Source: an uncultured Spirochaetales bacterium
Lineage (GTDB): Bacteria; Spirochaetota; Spirochaetia; Sphaerochaetales; Sphaerochaetaceae
Assembly (NCBI GenBank): GCA_949283235.1
Contig: CASDRY010000143.1
Coordinates: 3,401-67,400, forward strand
Direction of reading: 5' to 3'
Length of the DNA stretch: 64,000 nucleotides
Shown here: positions 27,503-36,027 of the stretch, piece by piece
Numbering within the stretch: position 1 is the stretch's first letter
How the letters are laid out: the number at the start of each line of letters is the position of its first letter
Program-made: the position numbers and the translations under genes
Notes under the pieces: model-generated
What the model saw: only the letters and a program-made list of their open reading frames with translations
Database searches by the model: none
What the model was told of the DNA's origin: nothing

Positions 27503-29566
27503 ATGAAAGCAAGACACGCTTTTATGGCTTTTCTATTGATCGTCGTCGCACTGCTCTCTGCCTGTGAACAGGGACAGAGCCATGCAACTCTTAGAGTGAA
27601 CCTGAGAAAGGATAGATCGATTGTCCCCGCAGGCTATCCTCTGGAGATCGAATCGTACCGGATTACAGGAGATGGTCCTGGAGATGAAAGCTTCAGCATA
27701 GAGACCAATAAGGAGACAATCTCACTTGAGGGACTTGTTATCGGAGAGTGGTCAATTCTTGCAGAAGGCTTGAACTCACAGAAAGATGTCCTCGTCACAG
27801 GAAGTACTACACACAGGCTCTCTGTAACAAATGGAAGCTGCACGATAGTACTTGAGAATTTAACAGGAGAAGGTTCTCTTGAAATCGTGCTTCTATGGGA
27901 TCCTGTGAGGATAAACAATGAAGCTTCCATTGAGCTGGAACTTACTCCGCAGTATGGAGAGAAGGAGACAAGAAGCCTGGAACTCACTTCATTCGATACG
28001 GAAGCAGGCAGAGCTACATACACAGGAAGCGGCTACGCCTCAGGCTCCTATGTTCTTTCTGCAAGACTCTTCGATGGAAGTGTACAGATTGCGGGTTTTG
28101 TAGAGGCCGTGCGGATAGCTGGAGACCAGACATCCTCTGGGGAGATCGAATTCGATCTCGATAAGTATCCGATAGACCCTGGAACACTCGAGCTTGAAGA
28201 TAACACAGGAGTCCCTGTTTCATGCATAATCACAGGAATCGAGGATACAGTTGAGGCAGATATCCCGATAACAGTAACTATCGAGTCTGAGACAGATGAT
28301 GTCAGCCAGTTCATCATATCCTGGTATCTGGATGGCAATCTTATTGGTACAGGTGCAGAAGTTGAGTTCACCCCTGAAGTTGGAACACATCGTCTGGATG
28401 TGGTTGCCTCCACATCAAAGCTCGGAACATCAGGTTCCCAGTCTGTGAATTTCGAAGCTGTTCCTACCGCAGATCCTGGAGTTCCTTCATATGGGAATAT
28501 CATTGAAAGCGGAGAGAACATTGAGATAAGCGGAAGCGGTGTTGTCAGCTTCCTGCCAGATGGGAATGCAATGATAGTCTCCAACGCTGAGAGTAAAATT
28601 TACATAGCCTCGATGATCAGGAGCAATATTGATGTACAGAGAGAATACAGCTTCGCTGATCTTGATATCACAGGAACAATTGTTGATTTTGAAGCTATGA
28701 AGGTATCTGATGGACTTTCAAAGGTATTAATCGCAACAGAAAACCCGTTCAAGGCTATGGTATTCAATTACCATCCATCGACAATGACTCTCACGAAATA
28801 CTCTGAGGCGGAACCTCGATGCTTCAATGATGAGGAAGTGAACGCAATCGCGAGCGTGACATTCGTGCCTAAGCTTGATATAGACGGCGAAATCGGATGG
28901 GGATTCCTCACTGCAAGGAACGCTGAAACAAACAAATGGTCGATATTCTATGTCTCTCTTGTGAAGAATACAGGGGATTCGGAACTTGTCAGATGCGGCT
29001 TTATATCCACAATGGCTTACAGCACTGCCAATGTAGCAGGAAGCCTTGCCTCGACAGATAAGACACTCTATCAGGGACACACAGATGGAACTGGATTGTA
29101 TCTGACAGATTCGAAATCAGATATGGCTCATTTCCTCGTCAAATATTCCTCTCCGAAGGATCATACTCCAGAGTATCTTGATGATTACAAGAACATAACA
29201 GCAACGGCACTTATAGGAAATGAGACCATCATGCTTATGGGAACGAACATAATCCTATTAAAGAGCACTTCAAGCGTATCAACAGCAGAAGGATGGGCTC
29301 TGCTAAACAGCAAAGAAGCAGGGTATGAAGCAAGCAGTCTCATCATTTCTGCAGACTACAAGTTCGCATACTGCATAGATATAGACAACGATGAGATTGT
29401 CACGATGGAAATCGCATCTGACAGCTCTTCTGTAACTGAAATAGGCAGGACAAAGCTTGCGAAAGATGGTATTGATACAATAGCACTTTCAAGAAGCGGA
29501 ACGAATCTGATTGCCTACGATGCAAGCAATATGGATTCAGTATCAATTTACAGGACAACAAGATAA
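27503..29566 (+). CDS. large hypothetical lipoprotein (N-terminal beta-sandwich repeats, C-terminal beta-rich region)
   Basis: SD AAAGGAG. Lipobox VALLSAC. Three successive Ig-like-looking segments of about 90-100 aa, then about 350 aa of unassigned sequence. Confidence 0.7.
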   Translation: MKARHAFMAFLLIVVALLSACEQGQSHATLRVNLRKDRSIVPAGYPLEIESYRITGDGPGDESFSIETNKETISLEGLVIGEWSILAEGLNSQKDVLVTGSTTHRLSVTNGSCTIVLENLTGEGSLEIVLLWDPVRINNEASIELELTPQYGEKETRSLELTSFDTEAGRATYTGSGYASGSYVLSARLFDGSVQIAGFVEAVRIAGDQTSSGEIEFDLDKYPIDPGTLELEDNTGVPVSCIITGIEDTVEADIPITVTIESETDDVSQFIISWYLDGNLIGTGAEVEFTPEVGTHRLDVVASTSKLGTSGSQSVNFEAVPTADPGVPSYGNIIESGENIEISGSGVVSFLPDGNAMIVSNAESKIYIASMIRSNIDVQREYSFADLDITGTIVDFEAMKVSDGLSKVLIATENPFKAMVFNYHPSTMTLTKYSEAEPRCFNDEEVNAIASVTFVPKLDIDGEIGWGFLTARNAETNKWSIFYVSLVKNTGDSELVRCGFISTMAYSTANVAGSLASTDKTLYQGHTDGTGLYLTDSKSDMAHFLVKYSSPKDHTPEYLDDYKNITATALIGNETIMLMGTNIILLKSTSSVSTAEGWALLNSKEAGYEASSLIISADYKFAYCIDIDNDEIVTMEIASDSSSVTEIGRTKLAKDGIDTIALSRSGTNLIAYDASNMDSVSIYRTTR

Positions 29567-29570
29567 AGAT

Positions 29571-29600
29571 ATGGCCTGGGTTTCCCCAGGCCATGCTTTT
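29571..29600. terminator. bidirectional intrinsic terminator between the lipoprotein gene and hydA
   Basis: ATGGCCTGGG-tttc-CCCAGGCCAT is a perfect 10-bp stem. It is followed by GCTTTT on the + strand and by ATCTTTATCTTGTTG on the - strand. Confidence 0.8.
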
Positions 29601-31344
29601 AGCCTTTATAAATAGGTGTTTCCTTATACTCAGTATGAAGAAGATGATGTGCTTTCTCCGAGAGAGGCTCTCCAAGATAATCAGCATAAAGCTTCTGGAT
29701 TGAAGGATTCTGGTGCGAGCATCTCTTTACAGACTTCTCATCATCCTCATAAAGTCCTTCGCTTCTCTCTTTTCTGACTTCATCATCAGTACCATATGGC
29801 TGACCACCGCCAGCGATACAACCACCGCGGCAAGCCATGATCTCAACGAAATCAACATCGGATGGACGACCAGCTTTCTTATCTTCCTTAATCTGATCAA
29901 GCAGGGCTTTGGCATTTGCCATACCATGGACAACAGCAACCCTAACCTTCTTCCCATCGACATCAACCTCTCCGCGCTTTACCTCATCAAGGCCTCTGAC
30001 AAGCTTAATCTCAGGATCAGCAAGCTCTTTACCAGTAATACCGAAGTATGCTGTTCTGATAGCTGCTTCCATAACTCCGCCAGTCACACCGAAGATGGTA
30101 CCAGCACCTGTATACTCTCCGATAGGACTATCTGCCTCTGTTTCAGGAAGGTTCTTGAAATCGAGACCGCGGGAAGCAATCAAGCGGGCAAGCTCCCTTG
30201 TTGTAAGGACAAGATCAACATCCCACTCTCCGCTGGAAGCAGCATGCTCTCCATCTCTTCTTATCTCAGCCTTCTTAGCTGTACATGGCATGATAGCGAC
30301 AGAGTAGACATTCTTCTTATCGATACCAGCTTTCTCAGCCCAGTAGGTTTTTGTTATAGCTCCCTGCATCATCATAGGACTCTTTGCGGATGAGAGGTTA
30401 TCAAGAAGCTCTGGATAATACTCCTCAACATATGCAACCCATCCTGGGCAGCATGATGTAAGCTGAGGCATTACTCCTCCATTCTTGATTCTGTCTATAA
30501 GCTCATAGCCCTCTTCCATGATGGTAAGGTCTGCACCGAAATTCGTATCAAAAACATAGTCGATACCAAGACGGCGAAGCGCAGTATAGAGCTTCTTTGT
30601 TGTAATCTCACCTGGTTTGAGACCGAATTCCTCTCCGATTGCAACACGCACCGATGGTGCCATCTGTACAGCAACGACCTTCTCTGGATCCGCAATTGCA
30701 TGCATAAGGTCATTTGTCTGATCCTGCTCATAGATAGCTCCAACCGGGCAGTGAGTTATGCACTGACCGCATTTGATACATGGGCTTTCATTGAGAGGAA
30801 GCTTAGCAGCCGGGCTCATCGTGGTGTGATCACCTCTGCCGATGAACTCAAGAGCATATACTCCCTGAAGTTCCTGGCACACCTGGACACAGCGACCGCA
30901 CTTGATGCACTTCTCAGGGTCGAGAACAACAGCACCTGTTGAGCGATCTTTCTTATCCTCCGCAAGCCTTACCTCGAAAGGCTGCTCTCTTACACCATAC
31001 TCGATTGCAAGCTTCTGAAGCTCACACTTGTTGTTGCGTGTACACAAGAGACATGACGATGGGTGTGTTGACATCGTAAGCTCAAGAATTGTACGGCGAA
31101 CATTATATAGATCCTGATCATGGGTAATGATATTCATTCCCTCAGCTGCAGGAGTCGAGCAGGCACGGATAATCTTTGCAGATCCAACCTGCTTGCAGAC
31201 ACAGAGTCCGCATGATCCAAACGGCTTCAGATCCGGATGATAGCATAAAGTAGGGATTCTGATCCCAGCTTTCCTAGCTGCTTCAAGGACGGTTGTCCCC
31301 TCAGCCACCTCAACCTCGATTCCCTGTATAGTAAGATGAATCAT
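29599..31344 (-). CDS. hydA: [FeFe] hydrogenase catalytic subunit (multimeric, NAD(P)H-linked / bifurcating type)
   Basis: H-cluster motifs TSCCPGW, MPCTAKKAE and EIMACRGGCIAGGGQP. N-terminal 2Fe-2S plus several 4Fe-4S Cys clusters, and a C-terminal small-subunit-like tail. The ATG at 31344 has GGAGG upstream. Confidence 0.92.
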   Translation of the reverse strand: MIHLTIQGIEVEVAEGTTVLEAARKAGIRIPTLCYHPDLKPFGSCGLCVCKQVGSAKIIRACSTPAAEGMNIITHDQDLYNVRRTILELTMSTHPSSCLLCTRNNKCELQKLAIEYGVREQPFEVRLAEDKKDRSTGAVVLDPEKCIKCGRCVQVCQELQGVYALEFIGRGDHTTMSPAAKLPLNESPCIKCGQCITHCPVGAIYEQDQTNDLMHAIADPEKVVAVQMAPSVRVAIGEEFGLKPGEITTKKLYTALRRLGIDYVFDTNFGADLTIMEEGYELIDRIKNGGVMPQLTSCCPGWVAYVEEYYPELLDNLSSAKSPMMMQGAITKTYWAEKAGIDKKNVYSVAIMPCTAKKAEIRRDGEHAASSGEWDVDLVLTTRELARLIASRGLDFKNLPETEADSPIGEYTGAGTIFGVTGGVMEAAIRTAYFGITGKELADPEIKLVRGLDEVKRGEVDVDGKKVRVAVVHGMANAKALLDQIKEDKKAGRPSDVDFVEIMACRGGCIAGGGQPYGTDDEVRKERSEGLYEDDEKSVKRCSHQNPSIQKLYADYLGEPLSEKAHHLLHTEYKETPIYKG

Positions 31345-31356
31345 CGCCAACCTCCA

Positions 31357-33144
31357 TTAATGAATCTCGATGGCCGAGAATTTGCAGGTTTCTTTGCAGA
31401 CACCGCACTTGATACATACATTTCCATTGATCTTGTGAGGACTCTTGACCTCTCCAGAGATAGCTCCAACAGGACACTTACGCGCACAAGCCGTACATCC
31501 AATACACTTGGAAGGATTGATCTCATAGCTGATAAGCTTCTTGCACTTTCCAGATGGACACTTCTTGTCGATGATATGAGCCTTATACTCCTCAGGGAAG
31601 TAATGAAGCGTTGAGAGAACCGGATTCGGAGCTGTCTGTCCGAGCGCGCAGAGAGAACCGATCTTCATAGCATGTGCAATCTGCTCAATCTGCTTGAGAT
31701 CATTCTCCTCTCCCTTGCCCTGTGTGATTTTCTCAAGGATATTGTAGAGGCTCTTTCCACCGATACGGCATGGAGCGCACTTACCACAGGATTCATCGAC
31801 AGTGAAGTTCAGATAGAACTTCGCAACATCAACGATACAATCATCCTCATCCATGACGATCATACCACCGGAACCCATCATGGAGCCAATCTTCTGCAAG
31901 CCACCGAAGTCGATAGGCGTATCGAGGTTCTCCTCTGTGATAACACCACCGGAAGGACCACCTGTCTGAACAGCCTTGAACTTCTTTCCGTGCGCGATAC
32001 CGCCTCCGATATCATAGACAATCTCACGGAGTGTAGTTCCCATCGGGACTTCAACAAGACCGGAATTGCAGATCTTACCTGTAAGAGCAAAGACCTTTGT
32101 TCCATGGCTATCCGGTGTACCGATTGAAGCAAACCATTCGCCGCCATTGTTGATAATCTGAGCGACATTCGCCCATGTCTCAACATTGTTTATAACAGTA
32201 GGCTTACCCCAGAGTCCCTTGGATGCAGGGAATGGTGGTCTTGGCTTAGGCATACCTCTATGTCCTTCTATGGACTGGAGGAGCGCGGTTTCCTCACCGC
32301 AGACGAATGCACCAGCTCCGAGTCTTATTTCGATATCATAATCGAAGCCAGAACCAAGAATATCCTTTCCGAGAAGTCCATACTCCCTAGCTTGCTTCAT
32401 AGCAACTTCGAGACGATGGATTGCGAGAGGATACTCAGCGCGGATGTAGATGAAGCCCTGATGAGCGCCAACTGTATGTCCGCAGATTGTCATTGCTTCA
32501 AGAACAGCATGCGGATCGCCTTCGAGTGTGGAACGGTCCATGTATGCACCTGGGTCACCTTCATCAGCATTGCAGACTACATATTTTACAGGATTGTTCT
32601 CCTGCTTAGTGAAGTTCCACTTCATCCATGTCGGGAATCCCGCACCGCCACGGCCTCTGAGTCCTGCTGTCTTGAGCTCATTAATGACATCATCCGGTGT
32701 CATATCAAAAAGGACCTTCTCAAGGGCCTTATAGCCACCTGCAGCAATATATTCATCGATATTCTCAGGATCTATCGAACCGCAGTTGCGGAGAACGATT
32801 CTCATCTGCTTCTGATAGAACTGGATATCCTCAACTTCCTCATATGCTTTATGCGGAGCCTTGTTGTAGAGAAGCCTTGTCACTTCCCTTCCCTTTATAA
32901 CATGCTCTGCGATAAGCTCCTTCGCATCCTCAGGTTTTACCTGAACATAGAAGGAATCCTCAGGAAGGATCTTCACGATAGGACCCTGCTCACAGAATCC
33001 GAAACAGCCAGTCTTTATGACCTGTACCTGATCAGCAACGCCCTGTGCTGCAGCCTCATCGATGAGAGCATGATAGATCTGATCAGAGCGGGATGACTCA
33101 CAGCCAGTACCACCGCAAACTAGAATATAATTCTTGAAACCCAT
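31357..33144 (-). CDS. hydB: hydrogenase NuoF-like flavoprotein subunit
   Basis: N-terminal thioredoxin-like 2Fe-2S (VCGGTGC...TGCFGFCEQGP), FMN/NAD site GRGGAGFPTWMKW, CGKCAPCRIG, and a C-terminal 2x[4Fe-4S] ferredoxin domain. Confidence 0.92.
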   Translation of the reverse strand: MGFKNYILVCGGTGCESSRSDQIYHALIDEAAAQGVADQVQVIKTGCFGFCEQGPIVKILPEDSFYVQVKPEDAKELIAEHVIKGREVTRLLYNKAPHKAYEEVEDIQFYQKQMRIVLRNCGSIDPENIDEYIAAGGYKALEKVLFDMTPDDVINELKTAGLRGRGGAGFPTWMKWNFTKQENNPVKYVVCNADEGDPGAYMDRSTLEGDPHAVLEAMTICGHTVGAHQGFIYIRAEYPLAIHRLEVAMKQAREYGLLGKDILGSGFDYDIEIRLGAGAFVCGEETALLQSIEGHRGMPKPRPPFPASKGLWGKPTVINNVETWANVAQIINNGGEWFASIGTPDSHGTKVFALTGKICNSGLVEVPMGTTLREIVYDIGGGIAHGKKFKAVQTGGPSGGVITEENLDTPIDFGGLQKIGSMMGSGGMIVMDEDDCIVDVAKFYLNFTVDESCGKCAPCRIGGKSLYNILEKITQGKGEENDLKQIEQIAHAMKIGSLCALGQTAPNPVLSTLHYFPEEYKAHIIDKKCPSGKCKKLISYEINPSKCIGCTACARKCPVGAISGEVKSPHKINGNVCIKCGVCKETCKFSAIEIH

Positions 33145-33145
33145 C

Positions 33146-33526
33146 TCACTGCTCCTTATCAACAAGCTCTATCCTCAGATCAGAGAGGATATGTCCTTCC
33201 TTAAGATGCTCGTTGACAATGCGGAGAGCCGCATCCTTGTCTACTGAGCCGTAAACGACAAGACCGGACTGAGGTGTATATACCTCAACAACTGGCTCCG
33301 GATTAGGAGCAGCGCTGCCAGTCTGTGTGATGATTACATTATCGAGCCCTAACCTCTCCACTTCATCTGCAATGGTGTTGAGAGTGAGCTTGGCACCAGC
33401 ATCGATACCGGAGGTGCCCATTGCGACAACAACATGGATAGAGCGTCCATGTATATCGCGCTTCTTCAGATTCTTCTCTTCACGCTCGCGAATCTCGCGA
33501 AGATCGGAAAGCGAAAGCTTAGCCAT
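33146..33526 (-). CDS. thioredoxin-like ferredoxin-fold protein lacking all cluster cysteines (HydD position)
   Basis: Collinear with the HydB N-terminal domain (VVAMGTSG vs VCGGTGC; TGSAAPNPEP vs TGCFGFCEQGP) but contains no cysteine at all. The ATG at 33526 has GGAG 7 nt upstream. Confidence 0.7.
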   Translation of the reverse strand: MAKLSLSDLREIREREEKNLKKRDIHGRSIHVVVAMGTSGIDAGAKLTLNTIADEVERLGLDNVIITQTGSAAPNPEPVVEVYTPQSGLVVYGSVDKDAALRIVNEHLKEGHILSDLRIELVDKEQ

Positions 33527-34010
33527 AGATATCTCCTTTTGCAAGGCTGGAAAGGATCTCTCTGAATCTCCTTATTCCTGAAGCCCTGTCGGGGACAGCG
33601 TCCCTCTCCTCTAGGAACTTCCGGGTAACTTTAGTCTCCCGTCCGTCATTCCTTATAGTTATTTCTATGCTCTTGTCCATATTCATAATGGGAAGCAGTG
33701 CAGAACTTAAGTCTGAAAAGCTGCCATCATCATCTGCAACGAACTCAAGCACCGTGATTCCTTCTCCTCGTGTTAAGCGGCATCTGCCTTCACTTCTATC
33801 TTTAATAATAGAAAGCCCTCGGCCTCGCCCTTCGCCCTTGGAAGTCTTCCCTGCCTGGAATGGATCAGAGAGTGCGGTATATGTACCATCATCCTCGACC
33901 CTTACATGTATAGTACCGCCCGATATATCAACAAAGGCGTCTATCACATCCGCACCTGCTTCCACGCTATTCACAATAGCTTCCAGAAGGAGGGCAGCAG
34001 TGTCATGCAT
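33519..34010 (-). CDS. stand-alone GHKL (histidine-kinase-like) ATPase domain protein
   Basis: N-box EAIVNSVEAGA, G1 EDDG, G2 GRGRGLS. It has no DHp/H-box and no sensor domain. Its ATG shares one nucleotide with the hydC stop. Confidence 0.75.
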   Translation of the reverse strand: MHDTAALLLEAIVNSVEAGADVIDAFVDISGGTIHVRVEDDGTYTALSDPFQAGKTSKGEGRGRGLSIIKDRSEGRCRLTRGEGITVLEFVADDDGSFSDLSSALLPIMNMDKSIEITIRNDGRETKVTRKFLEERDAVPDRASGIRRFREILSSLAKGDIYG

Positions 34011-34474
34011 CAGGCAAACTTGTCAAGAATTCCAGATATCTGGTTCTTGGAAACCTTTCCAAATACCTCTCCGGATATCGTCATAACAGGTGCAAGTCCG
34101 CAGCATCCTACGCAGCGAACAGCCTCAAGCGAGAACTTTCCATCCTCCGTAAGCCCACCAACTTCCAAACCGATTTCCTTTCCAAGTTCCTCAACGATCA
34201 TATCGCCACCTTTAAGATAGCAAGCCGTTCCTAGACATACCTGGATGTTGTACTTTCCTGGTTTATTGAGCTTGAAGAAATGATAGAAAGTCAGTACGCC
34301 CCATATCGTCGCAAGCGGAACTCCTGTCTCTTTTGAAACTCCTTCTGCAGCTTCGCGTGAGACATAACCGAACTCCTCCTGGACTCTATGAAGAATCATA
34401 ATGAGATTACCAGGCTTATCCTTCCATTCGGAAATGTAAGCGTTAAGCTCATCAGAGAATATGCTCTGAGCCAT
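34010..34474 (-). CDS. hydC: hydrogenase NuoE-like 2Fe-2S subunit
   Basis: NuoE pattern CLGTACYLKGG...CVGCCGLAP. Strong SD AAGGAGGAG. Confidence 0.9.
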   Translation of the reverse strand: MAQSIFSDELNAYISEWKDKPGNLIMILHRVQEEFGYVSREAAEGVSKETGVPLATIWGVLTFYHFFKLNKPGKYNIQVCLGTACYLKGGDMIVEELGKEIGLEVGGLTEDGKFSLEAVRCVGCCGLAPVMTISGEVFGKVSKNQISGILDKFA

Positions 34475-34503
34475 AACTCCTCCTTATTTAAGTCACCTTC
34501 TGA

Positions 34504-34536
34504 ATTTTATCTTATTGCGACGCAGTTTTGCAATAA
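34504..34536 (-). promoter_or_regulatory. predicted hyd promoter (TTGCAA-18-TAAAAT) overlapped by the inverted repeat TTATTGC-N11-GCAATAA (34512..34536)
   Basis: Hexamers read on the minus strand at 34533..34528 and 34509..34504, about 30 nt upstream of the hydC ATG. The dyad spans the -35 element and the spacer. Confidence 0.45.
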
Positions 34537-34644
34537 ATCTTCAAAGAAAGACTTAAGAAGAACACAAAAGCAACATAGATTTTTATTTATTGACATAGAC
34601 TTGCAATTAATATACTTTCGTTCACATAAAAGGATATAAAAATT

Positions 34645-35286
34645 ATGAACAATGATATGCTTGTCAGGATTACTCGCTATTTCAGAGCTCTTAATAGGCT
34701 GAGAGCCATTGGTTTAGAGAAAGTCTTCGCACACAACTTGGCGGATGCAGCAGGTGTATCCGCAGCTGTTGTCAGAAAAGACTTCTCAATTCTTGAAATC
34801 CATGGGCAGAAAAGAGGGGGTTATGAGATAACCGATCTTATAGACAGGATATCTAAAATACTCGGAAAAGGAGATCCTCAGCATGTCATAGTAGTAGGCT
34901 GCGGCCGTATCGGGAAGGCCCTGATGCACTACTCGGGATTCGAACCAGATGGAATAAGAATAGTCGCGGGCTTCGACTCCGATCCGATAGTCTACTCCGA
35001 TGTATCCCATCCAGTCCCGGTCTATCCGATGTCAAGGCTGGATGAGATGGTGGAAGCGCTGGATGTGAAAGTCGCTATAATAACTGTTCCTGAATCCGCT
35101 GCAGCAGATACAGCTGAAAAGCTACTTGAAGCAGGGGTAAAGGGCATACTCAACTTCTCCCCTATAACACTTAAACCTCATCCGGCAGCACAGGGAGAGA
35201 CACCTGCTATAATCCACAACATCAACATAGCCTTAGAGCTTGAACAGATCTTCTACCAGCTGCAGTTTCCAGAGGGAAGGAAATAA
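34645..35286 (+). CDS. rex: redox-sensing transcriptional repressor Rex
   Basis: N-terminal wHTH (RITRYFRALNRL...VVRKDFS...GYEI) and a Rossmann domain with GCGRIGKAL. Divergent from the hydrogenase operon. Confidence 0.9.
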   Translation: MNNDMLVRITRYFRALNRLRAIGLEKVFAHNLADAAGVSAAVVRKDFSILEIHGQKRGGYEITDLIDRISKILGKGDPQHVIVVGCGRIGKALMHYSGFEPDGIRIVAGFDSDPIVYSDVSHPVPVYPMSRLDEMVEALDVKVAIITVPESAAADTAEKLLEAGVKGILNFSPITLKPHPAAQGETPAIIHNINIALELEQIFYQLQFPEGRK

Positions 35287-36027
35287 TCAGCCCTGGGCCC
35301 TTATCCAGGAAAAGAGATACTGCTGAGAAAGGGCCTCATATGGATGGAAGTATGAAGGGTCTTTATCAGGGTAATACTCCTTCATTACCTTCTTCATCCA
35401 GACATCCATCGGAAAGCCTTCCCTTCTCTGATAGGAAAATATAAGAATGCAGGAAGCAACCTTTGGTCCTATTCCCTTTATTGTCTGAAGCTTTGTCATC
35501 GCATCATCAAAAGAGAGGGAATCTATCTCCGAAAGAATACCTTCCTTTGAAATCGCATCAAGAATGAAAGGTGCTCTGAATCCAGTTCCAAGCGCTCTAA
35601 GCTCCTCCTCAGTTGCACCCTTCATCTCCTCTGCTGTAGGGAATGTGAAACGCCCGGGAGCAACTTCATGGCCATATCTTTCTGAAAGCCTGTTATAGAG
35701 TCCCGTGATTCTCTTGATGTTATTATTCTGTGACAATATGAATGATATAGTCGCGATCCAATGATCCTGCTTCAGAAGTCTTATCGTTCCTGTACTCGCT
35801 ACAGCCTGTCTGAGAATCTCATCTTTTGCTGCAATAGCCTTGGCAGCCCCTTCGTAGTCATAACCGAGATCGAAGTAATCATAAAGGAAAGGATCTGAGA
35901 AGGCATCATCAAGACTTCTTATAGTATAAACCCTCTCATTCAAAACAGCAGAGAAACGGCCGTCTTCTTCCTCTCTCCAGCTGAATGACTGACCGCCCAA
36001 AAGAGTCTCTTTCAGATTTTCATTCAT
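35287..36027 (-). CDS. ogg: 8-oxoguanine DNA glycosylase / AP lyase (OGG1-type, HhH-GPD)
   Basis: N-terminal LLGGQSFSW. HhH-GPD element IKGIGPKVASCILIF...FPMDVW with the catalytic Lys and Asp. The ATG at 36027 has GGAGG upstream. Confidence 0.8.
   Translation of the reverse strand: MNENLKETLLGGQSFSWREEEDGRFSAVLNERVYTIRSLDDAFSDPFLYDYFDLGYDYEGAAKAIAAKDEILRQAVASTGTIRLLKQDHWIATISFILSQNNNIKRITGLYNRLSERYGHEVAPGRFTFPTAEEMKGATEEELRALGTGFRAPFILDAISKEGILSEIDSLSFDDAMTKLQTIKGIGPKVASCILIFSYQRREGFPMDVWMKKVMKEYYPDKDPSYFHPYEALSQQYLFSWIRAQG

Noticed and set aside
32260-33096. 278-aa + strand ORF, plus similar long antisense ORFs at 29713..30393, 25169..25795, 39653..40282, 14196..14861 and 15517..16119.
   Set aside because: All are fully contained antisense to genes with strong motif support (hydB, hydA, envelope gene 2, SBP-like gene, amidohydrolase, SDR). 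They have no SD sequences and no recognisable domains.
34475-34644. Looked for a canonical Rex operator (TTGTGAA-N4-TTCACAA or TTGTTAA-N4-TTAACAA) in the rex/hydC divergent region.
   Set aside because: Only an isolated TTCACA half-site (34621..34626) and a weak TTGCAAT-N5-TTCAAAG match are present. The only real dyad has different spacing and is reported as an uncertain operator rather than a Rex box.
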